A stretch of 64,000 nucleotides of DNA. Origin: an uncultured Lachnospiraceae bacterium (GTDB taxonomy: Bacteria > Bacillota > Clostridia > Oscillospirales > CAG-272). The stretch is from assembly GCA_964413365.1 (NCBI GenBank), contig CAYPRM010000004.1, forward strand, positions 925 through 64,924, written 5' to 3'. This document shows positions 9,117 through 18,578 of the stretch, piece by piece (position 1 is the first letter of the stretch; each line of letters opens with the position of its first letter). The notes beneath the pieces were generated by a model. That model saw nothing but the letters and a program-made list of their open reading frames with translations, was not told the origin of the DNA and did no database searches. A program made the translations under genes and the position numbers.

Positions 9117-10373
9117 ATGCAGAGGGAAGCGGACGTCATAGTCATAGGCGGCGGTGCGGCAGGCATGATGGCGGCAGTAAATGCGGCTATGTGCGGCGCG
9201 GACGTTCTCCTGCTTGAGCGTAACGACAGGCTCGGCAGAAAGCTCTCCATCACGGGCAAGGGACGCTGTAACGTTACCAACGATTGCGACCGTGCGGAGC
9301 TGATGAAGAATGTTGCCACCAACCCAAAATTTCTTTTTGCCTCGTTCTCACGCTTCTCGAGTGCCGATACTAAGGCGTTCTTCGAGGATCGCGGCGTTCC
9401 TCTCAAGGTCGAGCGCGGCAGGCGTGTGTTTCCCGTGTCCGACAAGGCGGCGGATATAGTTTCCGCACTTGTACGAGCCTGCGATGAGGCGGGTGTCAGA
9501 GTCATTAACGCACGTGCCGAGCATCTTATCATTGAAAATGGCGAGATCTGCGGTGCTGCTGCGAGCGGTGTTGAATACCGTGCGGGGGCTGTGATAGTCT
9601 GCACGGGCGGTGCGAGCTACCCAAGGACCGGCTCTACGGGCGACGGATACAGACTTGCGAGGGAGGCAGGGCACAGGATAGTGCCGATACGTCCATCCCT
9701 TGTTCCCCTCGTGGCACGGGGCGGACTTTGCGCAAGGCTTCAGGGGCTATCCCTTAAGAATATTGGATTTAAGATAAGAAGAAGCGGCACGGGGGATATG
9801 GTCTACGAGGACTTCGGCGAGCTGATGTTCACTCATTTCGGACTGACGGGACCTGTGGTGCTCTCGGCGAGTGCGCACATTCCCGACGCGCAGAGCGGTG
9901 ATTACGTTGCGTGCATAGATATGAAGCCTGCGCTCGACAAAAGGACGCTCGATGCGAGGATACTCTCCGATTTTTCGGATGCCTCGAACAAGGATTTTAT
10001 CAATTCGCTTGATGCACTGCTTCCTCAAAAGCTCATTCCAATAGTGGTGGGGCTTTCGGGCATAGATCCGAGAAAAAAGGTCAATTCGATCACCCACGAC
10101 GAGCGTGAGCGACTTGTGGAGCTGATAAAAAACATAGAAATACCGATATCGTCCCTGCGTCCCATCGACGAGGCGATAGTTACAAAGGGCGGCGTCGACG
10201 TTTGCGAGGTCAGCCCGAAAACGATGGAGTCAAGGCTTGTGCGCGGACTGTATTTTGCAGGCGAGGTGCTTGATCTTGACGCATATACGGGAGGGTACAA
10301 CCTTCAGATAGCCTTCTCCACGGCGACTCTCGCGGGAGAAAATGCCGCGTGGGACAGCCTTGCGGAAAAATAA
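9117..10373 (+). CDS. HI0933/YhiN/BaiN-family NAD(P)/FAD-dependent flavoprotein
   Basis: It has DVIVIGGGAAGMMAA and ITGKGRCNVTN. The ATG at 9117 follows GGAGGA. Alternative upstream starts are at 9072 and 9084. Confidence 0.8.
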   Translation: MQREADVIVIGGGAAGMMAAVNAAMCGADVLLLERNDRLGRKLSITGKGRCNVTNDCDRAELMKNVATNPKFLFASFSRFSSADTKAFFEDRGVPLKVERGRRVFPVSDKAADIVSALVRACDEAGVRVINARAEHLIIENGEICGAAASGVEYRAGAVIVCTGGASYPRTGSTGDGYRLAREAGHRIVPIRPSLVPLVARGGLCARLQGLSLKNIGFKIRRSGTGDMVYEDFGELMFTHFGLTGPVVLSASAHIPDAQSGDYVACIDMKPALDKRTLDARILSDFSDASNKDFINSLDALLPQKLIPIVVGLSGIDPRKKVNSITHDERERLVELIKNIEIPISSLRPIDEAIVTKGGVDVCEVSPKTMESRLVRGLYFAGEVLDLDAYTGGYNLQIAFSTATLAGENAAWDSLAEK

Positions 10374-10391
10374 AAGGAGGATCTCGATCAA

Positions 10392-11159
10392 ATGAAGGAC
10401 GGCAAAGAAGTAAAGATAGTGTACAGCGAGCCTGAAGGCTATTTTTCAAAGGAAATGAGAGAGGCACTTGAAATCGGAGAATACGCAAAAAAGCTGAGAA
10501 TAGCAATAGACGGCCCGTCCGGCTCGGGAAAGAGCACGCTTGCAAAGGCGGTGTCGCGTGAGCTTGGGATAGTTTACGTCGATACGGGCGCACTCTACCG
10601 CACGGTCGGATATTATGTATATATGAGGGGGAAGGATCCCAGAAGCGTGAGTGATGTGATCGCACTTCTTCCCGAGATAAATATAGAGCTGAAGTATGTT
10701 GACGGCTCGCAGAGAGTCATACTCAACGGCGAGGATCTCGGCGACAGGATAAGGCTTCCCGAGATGTCGATGTACGCATCTGCAGTCTCCTCGATCCCCG
10801 AGGTCAGGGCTTTTCTGCTCGATATGCAGAAGGCTCTCGCAAGGGAGAACAGCGTTGTAATGGACGGCAGGGATATAGGAACTGTGATAATCCCCGATGC
10901 GGATCTTAAAATTTTCCTCACCGCCTCCGACGAGTGTCGTGCGAGGAGAAGAACGGAGGAGCTTCGTGAGAAGGGCGTGGACGTCAGCTACGAGGATGTT
11001 CTCCGTGATATGATCGAGAGGGACAGGAACGACAAGAGCAGAAGCGTTGCACCTGCATTACCTGCTCCCGATGCGATAATATTTGACAACTCCGTTATGA
11101 CAGTCGAGGAAAGCCTTAAGGAAATAGTGAGGTTAGTAAATGAGCGAAGAAAGGCATAA
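10392..11159 (+). CDS. cmk: Cytidylate kinase with a ~35-aa N-terminal extension
   Basis: It has IAIDGPSGSGKSTLAK and VDTGALYR. An AGGAGG RBS is present. Confidence 0.9.
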   Translation: MKDGKEVKIVYSEPEGYFSKEMREALEIGEYAKKLRIAIDGPSGSGKSTLAKAVSRELGIVYVDTGALYRTVGYYVYMRGKDPRSVSDVIALLPEINIELKYVDGSQRVILNGEDLGDRIRLPEMSMYASAVSSIPEVRAFLLDMQKALARENSVVMDGRDIGTVIIPDADLKIFLTASDECRARRRTEELREKGVDVSYEDVLRDMIERDRNDKSRSVAPALPAPDAIIFDNSVMTVEESLKEIVRLVNERRKA

Positions 11160-11808
11160 CGGGGAAATAGATATTAACAAGAAGAAAAGAGCATATTCGT
11201 TTTTCTATCATCTGCTTGCGGGCGGTGCAAGAAGGCTCTGCAGAGTCAGAGTCATAAACGCATCGAACGAGCCTCTCGAGGGCAATTTCGTGCTCGTGTG
11301 CAATCACACAGCGGCGGCAGATCCGATAGTGATCTGCTCGACGATGAAGAGCCAAGTCAGATTCATGGCGAAGAAGGAGCTATTTAAGATCCCGATACTC
11401 GGGTGGTTCTTCAACGAGGTGGGCTGTTATCCCGTAAACAGGGGCGGCAGCGACGTTAACGCTCTCCGAACGACGATAAATCTTCTGAGAGAGGGCAGCA
11501 GCGTTGGAATCTTCCCACAGGGAACGAGGGAGCCGTGCATAGATCCTGCCGATGCCCACGTCAAGAGCGGCGTCGGGCTTATCGTTGCAAAGAGCGGTGC
11601 GGACGTTCTCCCCGTCTGCATAAAGTCCAAGTCGGGTAAGACGCAGTTTTTTAAGAAAAATTATCTTGTCATAGGTAAGCTCATAAAGAATGAGGAGCTC
11701 GACATCGAGCATAACGGCGGTACGGAGGGACACCAGAGGATCGCAGACAGGGTGTTCTCGGAGGTTGTTAAGCTCTGGCACGAGACGGATATAGAAAATG
11801 CAGAATAA
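11140..11808 (+). CDS. plsC: 1-acyl-sn-glycerol-3-phosphate acyltransferase
   Basis: It has the acyltransferase motifs CNHTAAADP (HX4D) and FPQGTR. Confidence 0.85.
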   Translation: MSEERHNGEIDINKKKRAYSFFYHLLAGGARRLCRVRVINASNEPLEGNFVLVCNHTAAADPIVICSTMKSQVRFMAKKELFKIPILGWFFNEVGCYPVNRGGSDVNALRTTINLLREGSSVGIFPQGTREPCIDPADAHVKSGVGLIVAKSGADVLPVCIKSKSGKTQFFKKNYLVIGKLIKNEELDIEHNGGTEGHQRIADRVFSEVVKLWHETDIENAE

Positions 11809-13813
11809 TATAAGAGTGGCGGAGAACGCAGGCTTCTGCTTCGGTGTGAAGCGTGCGACCGACGCTGTGGAAAAAAGGCTTGACAGTGCAGGCTGTGAGC
11901 GGATATACACGCTCGGACACCTCATACACAACGACGGGTACATAAGCTACCTTGAGTCGCGCGGTGTGCGGTGCGTGAGCGAGGGCGATATCGAGAGGCT
12001 CTGTGATGAGGCAGGGGAGAGCACGCCTACGGTGGTGTTCGTCCGTGCGCACGGGGTAACGAGGGAGACCTTGGAGAAGCTCGAGCGGTGCGCCGAGCGA
12101 AATCCGCATTTCACCTTTGAGGATATGACCTGCCCGTTTGTCAAGAAGATACATCGCATCGCGGAGGAGAACAGCGGCGAGGATGAGGTGTTCGCGCTTC
12201 TCGGCGCGGCGGATCACCCCGAGGTAGTCGGAATTATGAGCTATGCGAGGGGCGAGAGGGTGGTTTTTGAAAATTCAGAGGCACTTTCGGCGTACTTGAA
12301 AAGCTCTGATTTATTCAAATTGCACAAAAAAACCTTGATTTTGGCGGCTCAAACTACCCAAAATTTAGAAGAGTGGAAAAAAAGTTTAAAAATTGTAAAA
12401 AAAGACTGTACAAATTCAAAATTTTTTGATACAATATGTAGTGTTACGGAAATTCGTCAAACTGAAGCAAGGCAGCTCGCGGCAGACTCCGATCTTATGG
12501 TTGTCGTAGGCGGAAGGCAAAGCTCCAATACGGCGAAATTATATAAAATATGTAAGGAAGCCTGTGAGGAGACTCTGTGGGTTGAGGACGCGGAGGAGCT
12601 TGACGGAAAATTTCCGACAAATAAAAAAATAGGTATTGTCGCCGGAGCGTCGACTCCCAAGCGAAATATCGAGGAGGTATTATTTAAAATGAGCGAAATG
12701 ACAGAAAATTTTGCAGAATTGCTCGACCAAACTTTCAAAACTTTAAATACAGGAGATACAGTAACCGGATACGTAACGCACGTTACCGATGCAGAGCTTC
12801 AGCTTGACCTCGGTGCAAAAGTTACGGGCATCATCAAGGCCGAGCAGATCACAGATGATCCCACCGCACGTCTTACCGAGATGTTCAAGATCGGCGACGC
12901 GGTAGAAGCATTCGTAATCCGTGTCAGCGACGTAGAGGGCGTAGCAGAGCTCTCCAAGAAGCGTACTGACTCCGACAGAAACTGGAAGAATATCGTCGCC
13001 CTCAAGGATAGCGGCGAGGTCGTTTCCGGTAAGGTACTTAAGGCTGTTAACGGCGGACTTACTGTCGCTGTTGACTCCGTAAACGTTTTCGTTCCCGCAT
13101 CCCAGAGTGGTGTTGCCAAGGACGGCGATCTCGGCGCACTTGTAGGTCAGACGGTCGAGCTTAAGATCATCGAGACCAAGGATCAGGGCAAGAGAGCTAT
13201 CGGCTCTATCAAGGTAGTCCTCAATGCACTCAGACGCGCAAGAATTGACGAGTTCTGGGCAAGCATCGAGGAGGGCAAGCAGTACACAGGTATCGTCCGT
13301 AGCCTCACATCCTACGGTGCGTTCGTCGATCTCGGCGGCGTTGATGGTATGGTACACGTCAGCGAGCTTTCGTGGAAGCCCATTAAGAATCCTGCACAGG
13401 TCGTATCCGTCGGCGACGTGATCACCGTGTTCGTTAAGTCCTTCGACAGAGAGAGCAAGAGAATTTCCCTCGGCTACAAGACCGATGATACAAATCCGTG
13501 GCTTCTCTTTGTAAATCAGTATCAGGTCGGCGACGTAGTCCCCGTAAAGATCGTGAATATGATGCCCTTCGGTGCATTTGCTGAGATCATCGACGGCGTT
13601 GACGGACTCATTCACATCTCGAAGATCGCCAACAAGAGAATCTCCAAGCCTCAGGATGTCCTTGAGCTCGGACAGGTAGTTGACGTAAAGATCATCGAGA
13701 TCGACAACGAGAAGCATAAGATCAGCCTCTCCATCCGCGACCTCATTGAGGAGGCTCCCGAGGTCGAGGAGGCTCCCGAGACCGAGGAAACGGTTGAGAC
13801 AACTGAGGAATAA
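11798..13813 (+). CDS. ispH: Bifunctional 4-hydroxy-3-methylbut-2-enyl diphosphate reductase (IspH) / ribosomal protein S1 fusion
   Basis: The N-terminus AGFCFGVKRA is IspH-like. The C-terminal half has four S1 repeats (GxVxxxxxxGAFVDLGGVDGxVHxSE). This fusion is known in Clostridia. Confidence 0.9.
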   Translation: MQNNIRVAENAGFCFGVKRATDAVEKRLDSAGCERIYTLGHLIHNDGYISYLESRGVRCVSEGDIERLCDEAGESTPTVVFVRAHGVTRETLEKLERCAERNPHFTFEDMTCPFVKKIHRIAEENSGEDEVFALLGAADHPEVVGIMSYARGERVVFENSEALSAYLKSSDLFKLHKKTLILAAQTTQNLEEWKKSLKIVKKDCTNSKFFDTICSVTEIRQTEARQLAADSDLMVVVGGRQSSNTAKLYKICKEACEETLWVEDAEELDGKFPTNKKIGIVAGASTPKRNIEEVLFKMSEMTENFAELLDQTFKTLNTGDTVTGYVTHVTDAELQLDLGAKVTGIIKAEQITDDPTARLTEMFKIGDAVEAFVIRVSDVEGVAELSKKRTDSDRNWKNIVALKDSGEVVSGKVLKAVNGGLTVAVDSVNVFVPASQSGVAKDGDLGALVGQTVELKIIETKDQGKRAIGSIKVVLNALRRARIDEFWASIEEGKQYTGIVRSLTSYGAFVDLGGVDGMVHVSELSWKPIKNPAQVVSVGDVITVFVKSFDRESKRISLGYKTDDTNPWLLFVNQYQVGDVVPVKIVNMMPFGAFAEIIDGVDGLIHISKIANKRISKPQDVLELGQVVDVKIIEIDNEKHKISLSIRDLIEEAPEVEEAPETEETVETTEE

Positions 13814-13950
13814 TTCGATCATCAATCAAAAAGATTCAAAAAGGGCTTTTCCACGGAAAAGCCCTTTGATCTTGTGCCTTTCTTGCAATTTCTGCGGTGT
13901 GAGGCTTTTGGACTTTCGCTGATATTTCATTCTAAAAAACAGGAGGAAGC

Positions 13951-14499
13951 ATGTTTGAATTTGAATTGATAAGATCCAAGGCGGAGGCTTTGGCGCGCGA
14001 GCTTATCTCTATATCGGGGTTGAGGTCGGGCGAGATACTCGTTATTGGCTGTTCATCGAGCGAGATAGTCGGTGGGACGGTCGGCAAAATGTCGAGTCCC
14101 GAGGCGGCGCGTGCGGTATTTGAGGGCGTTTCCTCGGCTCTCTCGGGGACGGGGATATTCCTTGCGGCTCAATGCTGTGAGCATTTGAATCGGGCGTTGA
14201 TAGTTGAGCGTGAATGTGCCGAAAAATACGGTCTTGAGGAGGTTTCGGTCGTTCCCGTACCGAAGGCGGGCGGATCGTTTGCGTCGGTGGCTTACGGCTC
14301 CTTTACCTCTCCCGTTGCGGTGGAGCACATTTCGGCGCACGCGGGAATGGACATTGGAGGTGTATTGATCGGTATGCATCTTCGCCACGTTGCCGTTCCT
14401 GTAAGGCTCTCGGAGAACAGGCTGGGCGAGGCGTCGGTGATCTGCGCACGCACCCGTCCGAAATACATTGGCGGACCTCGCGCGCAGTACCGTTCATGA
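13951..14499 (+). CDS. UPF0340 / TIGR01440 (YwlG-like) family protein
   Basis: The conserved block QCCEHLNRALIVERECAEKYGLEEVSVVPVPKAGG matches my memory of YwlG-type proteins. Confidence 0.7.
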   Translation: MFEFELIRSKAEALARELISISGLRSGEILVIGCSSSEIVGGTVGKMSSPEAARAVFEGVSSALSGTGIFLAAQCCEHLNRALIVERECAEKYGLEEVSVVPVPKAGGSFASVAYGSFTSPVAVEHISAHAGMDIGGVLIGMHLRHVAVPVRLSENRLGEASVICARTRPKYIGGPRAQYRS

Positions 14500-14549
14500 C
14501 GGATTTTTGGATTTTGCGTAAAAAGTTGCTAAAAATTTCACAAAATCTC

Positions 14550-14578
14550 TTGATAAAAATGCAAATATGTGTTATATT
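14550..14578 (+). promoter_or_regulatory. Sigma-A type promoter for pgk-tpiA
   Basis: It reads TTGATA-N17-TATATT. Confidence 0.5.
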
Positions 14579-14622
14579 AATGGTTGGTAAAAAAATAAAA
14601 ATTTCGAAAGGCGGAATTAACT

Positions 14623-15942
14623 ATGACTTATAATAAGAAATCCATTGAGGATATCGAGATCGTAGAGGGTGCTCGCGTTCTCGTTCGTTGCGACTTCAAC
14701 GTCCCCCTCAAGGACGGCGTTATCACGAGCGACAAGAGGATCGTTGAGGCTCTTCCCACGATCAAGTACCTTCTCTCGAAGGGCGCTCGCGTTGTTCTTT
14801 GCTCCCACATGGGTAAGCCCCACAACATTCTCACCGAGGGCTTCGGTCTGACAAAGAAGGAGAAGAAGGCTGTTGAGGCACTTCCCGAGTCCGAGAGAGA
14901 GGCTGCAAAGGCTGAGTACATCGCAAAGGCTCTCAAGAACGATAAGAAGAAACTCACGCTCGCTCCCGTTGCTGCAAGGCTCAACGAGTACCTTGACGGC
15001 AAGGTAACGTTCGCTGAGGATATTATCGGTCCTGATGCGCAGGCAAAGGTCGCATCGCTCAAGAATGGCGAGGCGGTTCTTCTTGAGAACGTCAGATTTG
15101 ATGCAAGAGAGGAAAAGAACGGCGAGGATTTCGCACGCGAGCTTGCTAAATATTGCGACATATACGTAAACGATGCGTTCGGTACTGCTCACCGCGCTCA
15201 CGCTACCACAGCAGGCGTTGCTATGTACGGTGGTGTTCCCGCGGTATGCGGATACCTTATCAAGAAGGAGATCGGCGTTATGGGTAAGGCACTCACCGAG
15301 CCTGAGCGTCCCTTCGTTGCGATCCTTGGCGGTGCTAAGGTCGCAGACAAGCTCAACGTTATCAACAACCTTCTCACCAAGGTCGACACGCTCATCATCG
15401 GCGGCGGAATGGCTTACACCTTCCTTGCGGCTAAGGGCTACGGCGTTGGCAAGTCCCTCCTTGACGATACCAAGATCGACTACTGCAGGGATATGATGAA
15501 GAAGGCAGAGGAGAACGGCGTATCGCTCCTTCTTCCCGTTGACGCGGTAACCATTGATACCTTCCCCGATCCCATTGATGCTCCCATCGACACGATCACC
15601 GTTGACGCTGACAAGATCCCCGAGGACAGAGAGGGCTGCGACATTGGCGAAAAGACCGCACAGCTCTACGCAAAGGCAGTTGCAGACGCAAAGACCGTTG
15701 TTTGGAACGGACCTATGGGCGTTTTTGAGAACCCCATTCTTGCGAAGGGAACTATCGCAGTAGCACAGGCTCTTGCTGATTCCGACGCTACGACCATTGT
15801 CGGCGGCGGCGACTCTGCGGCGGCTTGCGAGCAGCTTGGATTTGCATCCGAGATCACACACATCTCCACGGGCGGCGGCGCATCGCTTGAATTCCTTGAG
15901 GGCATTGAGCTTCCCGGAATCGCTTGCCTTGAAGACAGATAA
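14623..15942 (+). CDS. pgk: Phosphoglycerate kinase carrying a ~36-aa Lys/Glu-rich insertion
   Basis: It has [23 protein letters not shown] and [13 protein letters not shown]. At 439 aa it is longer than the usual ~395-400 aa. Confidence 0.95.
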   Translation: MTYNKKSIEDIEIVEGARVLVRCDFNVPLKDGVITSDKRIVEALPTIKYLLSKGARVVLCSHMGKPHNILTEGFGLTKKEKKAVEALPESEREAAKAEYIAKALKNDKKKLTLAPVAARLNEYLDGKVTFAEDIIGPDAQAKVASLKNGEAVLLENVRFDAREEKNGEDFARELAKYCDIYVNDAFGTAHRAHATTAGVAMYGGVPAVCGYLIKKEIGVMGKALTEPERPFVAILGGAKVADKLNVINNLLTKVDTLIIGGGMAYTFLAAKGYGVGKSLLDDTKIDYCRDMMKKAEENGVSLLLPVDAVTIDTFPDPIDAPIDTITVDADKIPEDREGCDIGEKTAQLYAKAVADAKTVVWNGPMGVFENPILAKGTIAVAQALADSDATTIVGGGDSAAACEQLGFASEITHISTGGGASLEFLEGIELPGIACLEDR

Positions 15943-15967
15943 TATAAATGTAGATGGAGATCCGTAT

Positions 15968-16723
15968 ATGAGAAGATACGTTATAGCAGGAAACTGGAAG
16001 ATGAATTTCACACCCTCAGAGGCTAAGAGCTTTATCAATTCGATAAAGCCTATGATCGAGGGCAAGGATAATTGCGACGTGATCTTTTGTGCACCCTACG
16101 TTACCATAGCGTCCGCTATGGAGGCGGCGGAGGGCTCACGCATCAAGATCGGAGCACAGAACGTGCACTTCGAGGAGAAGGGCGCATTCACGGGCGAGGT
16201 ATCGGCAAGGATGCTTCGCGAGATCGGCGTTGAGTACGTCATCATAGGACACAGCGAGCGCCGTCAGTATTTCGGAGAGACCGACGCGACGGTAAATCTC
16301 AGGACTCGTGCCGCTCTTGCAGCAGGGCTGAAGGTCATACTCTGCCTTGGCGAGGTCAAGGAGCAGAGGCTTGCGGGAATTACCAACGAGGTCGTCGCTA
16401 TGCAGACGAAGCTGGACCTTGCAGGCGTTGACGCTGAGGATATGAAGAATGTCATCATCGCCTATGAGCCTGTATGGGCTATCGGCACGGGACTTACCGC
16501 AACGCCCGAGCAGGCTGACGAGACCTGCGGCGTTATCCGCAAGACTCTTGCCGAGATCTACGGCGAGAGCGTGGCGCAGAGCACCGTTATTCAGTACGGC
16601 GGCTCTATGAACGACAAGAACGCCTCCGAGCTTCTCTCCAAGGAGAACGTCGACGGCGGACTTATCGGCGGAGCGTCCCTCGTTCCCGAGAAGTTTACCG
16701 CGATCGTTGACGCGGCGCAGTAA
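15968..16723 (+). CDS. tpiA: Triose-phosphate isomerase
   Basis: It has [15 protein letters not shown] and [10 protein letters not shown]. The ATG at 15968 follows GGAG. Confidence 0.95.
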   Translation: MRRYVIAGNWKMNFTPSEAKSFINSIKPMIEGKDNCDVIFCAPYVTIASAMEAAEGSRIKIGAQNVHFEEKGAFTGEVSARMLREIGVEYVIIGHSERRQYFGETDATVNLRTRAALAAGLKVILCLGEVKEQRLAGITNEVVAMQTKLDLAGVDAEDMKNVIIAYEPVWAIGTGLTATPEQADETCGVIRKTLAEIYGESVAQSTVIQYGGSMNDKNASELLSKENVDGGLIGGASLVPEKFTAIVDAAQ

Positions 16724-16784
16724 CCGACCGATAACGGGAGATCTTACGCAAAACGCTGATGTAATAAAAATAATTTAATAATTT

Positions 16785-16822
16785 CGGAGCTTCCCGAGTC
16801 ATCGGAAGGCTCCGATTTTTTA
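16785..16822 (+). terminator. Intrinsic terminator of pgk-tpiA
   Basis: The hairpin cggagcttcc...ggaaggctccg is followed by a T-run. Confidence 0.7.
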
Positions 16823-17031
16823 TTTTCATTGTAATTTTTGTTGCATCTTACACTTTTTCGCTGCAAAAAAGTGTAAATGCCTTGAAAAAAATACAAAAAA
16901 ATCAACCAAAAGGTTGGCAAGCCGCTTTTTTTGCTGTAATTAAAGCACAAGGAAAGGAAGGGTAATTAATATTTGCGTGGGCTGATACGTGAAAAATAGC
17001 GCAAAAAGGTGTTATTTTTCATTTTTATCTA

Positions 17032-17060
17032 TTGTAAAACTCTCTTGAATGTGATATAAT
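17032..17060 (+). promoter_or_regulatory. Sigma-A type promoter for rbfA
   Basis: It reads TTGTAA-N17-TATAAT with TGTGA before the -10 element. Confidence 0.5.
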
Positions 17061-17115
17061 ATTATGAATTATTATGCAAATATCCGACAGATATCAGGAA
17101 AAGGACGGTGAAAAA

Positions 17116-17490
17116 ATGGCTAATTATCGCAGGGCAAGAATAAATGACGAGGTACAGAGAGAGATGGCGAGCATACTGCGCGAGGTGAAGGATCCGCGCG
17201 TGAAGGACGCATTTGTGAGCGTTACGGCGGTGGACGTTACTCCCGACCTCAAATATGCAAAGATATATTACAGTGCGCTTATGGGCGACAAGAAGGAGCT
17301 TGCGCGTGGGCTTCGTGCGGCAAGCGGATTTATACGCTCGCAGATCGCACAGAGGCTCAATTTAAGGATAACCCCCGAGCTTACATTCATACTTGACGAC
17401 AGTGTGGCGCACGGTGCGCACATTGCAAAGCTTCTCAACAGCATCACGTTTTCCGAGGAGCTTGACGGGGACGGCGGTGAGGAGCAATGA
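17116..17490 (+). CDS. rbfA: Ribosome-binding factor A
   Basis: The sequence RRARINDEVQREMASILREVKDPRV is typical of RbfA. Confidence 0.9.
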   Translation: MANYRRARINDEVQREMASILREVKDPRVKDAFVSVTAVDVTPDLKYAKIYYSALMGDKKELARGLRAASGFIRSQIAQRLNLRITPELTFILDDSVAHGAHIAKLLNSITFSEELDGDGGEEQ

Positions 17491-18491
17491 GGCACTACCG
17501 TGAGCTGACGCTCGACGAGGTCTGTGCCATTCTCGCAGAGCCGAGAAGCACGCTGATCGCGTACCACGTTCGCCCCGATGCGGACGCGATAGGCTCGGCG
17601 TTTGCGCTCAAGCTGATGCTTGAGGCGATGGGCTCGCGGTGCGTCTGCGTTTGCGAGAGCGAGATCCCTGCGCGTCTTGCCTTTCTTACGGACAAGCATC
17701 AGCGCAGTGCACGTCTTGAGAGCGTTGATCGCAGCTTTGAGATAGAGAGGGTGATCACCGTTGACACGGCAAGTCCCAACCAGCTCGGCACGCTCTGGGA
17801 GCTTCTTGAGGGAAGGGTGGACCTGATGATAGACCACCACGAGAGCGGCACGAGATACGCTGACAATTACGTTCGCACGGACTATGCGGCGGCAGGGGAG
17901 ATAATCTTTGAGATCGCGGAGCGTCTTGTTGAGAGAGGCGAGCTTGCATCCATCCCCGAGGATGCGTATCCTCTGATCTACGCGGCTCTTTCCTCGGACA
18001 CGGGGTGCTTCAAATACTCGAGCGTTTCCCCCCACACGCATCTCTGCGCGGCAAGGCTTCTCAGCTCGGGCATCGACGCCGCGGAGATAAACCGCAGGCT
18101 CTTTGACTGCAAGAGTGAAAAAATGCTCGCCGCAGAGGCGGCAGGCTTTCAGAATATCAGATTTTTCAACAACAGAAGGATAGCGGCGGTGCTCTTTCCT
18201 TACGAGCTTAAGCGTTCACTTGAGCTTGAGGACGAGCATCTTGAAACTCTCGTGGACGTTGCGAGGGCGATCGACGGTGTGAGGATCGCAATGAGCGTTC
18301 GCCAGAGGACGCCGCAGAGGTCGTTCCGCATATCCCTACGCTCGTCCTGTACCTTTGACGTTTCCGCGGTCGCAAAGCATTTTGGCGGCGGAGGACACGC
18401 GAGGGCGGCGGCGTGCACGATAGAGGCGGATTCGATAGAGTTTGCAACGCGCCTTGTAGTCGATGAGATAATGCGCCGATACGGCAAGTAA
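17487..18491 (+). CDS. nrnA: DHH-family phosphoesterase (NrnA-like oligoribonuclease/pAp phosphatase)
   Basis: It has the motifs HVRPDADAIGS, DHH and GGGHARAA (DHHA1). Confidence 0.8.
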   Translation: MRHYRELTLDEVCAILAEPRSTLIAYHVRPDADAIGSAFALKLMLEAMGSRCVCVCESEIPARLAFLTDKHQRSARLESVDRSFEIERVITVDTASPNQLGTLWELLEGRVDLMIDHHESGTRYADNYVRTDYAAAGEIIFEIAERLVERGELASIPEDAYPLIYAALSSDTGCFKYSSVSPHTHLCAARLLSSGIDAAEINRRLFDCKSEKMLAAEAAGFQNIRFFNNRRIAAVLFPYELKRSLELEDEHLETLVDVARAIDGVRIAMSVRQRTPQRSFRISLRSSCTFDVSAVAKHFGGGGHARAAACTIEADSIEFATRLVVDEIMRRYGK

Positions 18492-18578
18492 CGCTCTTAT
18501 GTCGGCTGAAGGCTTAAATTCAGAAAATTCAATAGTCTCCGCCCATTTGCGGAGATGGAAAGATATAGAGGTATAAAT

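Noticed and set aside
12743-13825. 360-aa minus-strand ORF
   Set aside because: It lies entirely antisense to the S1-domain half of the ispH/rpsA fusion. Its composition is low-complexity and Leu/Asp/Gly-rich, it has no RBS, and it is a shadow ORF of a GC-rich codon-biased gene.
14617-16065. 482-aa minus-strand ORF
   Set aside because: It is antisense to pgk, which has unmistakable motifs. It has no RBS or promoter and is a shadow ORF.
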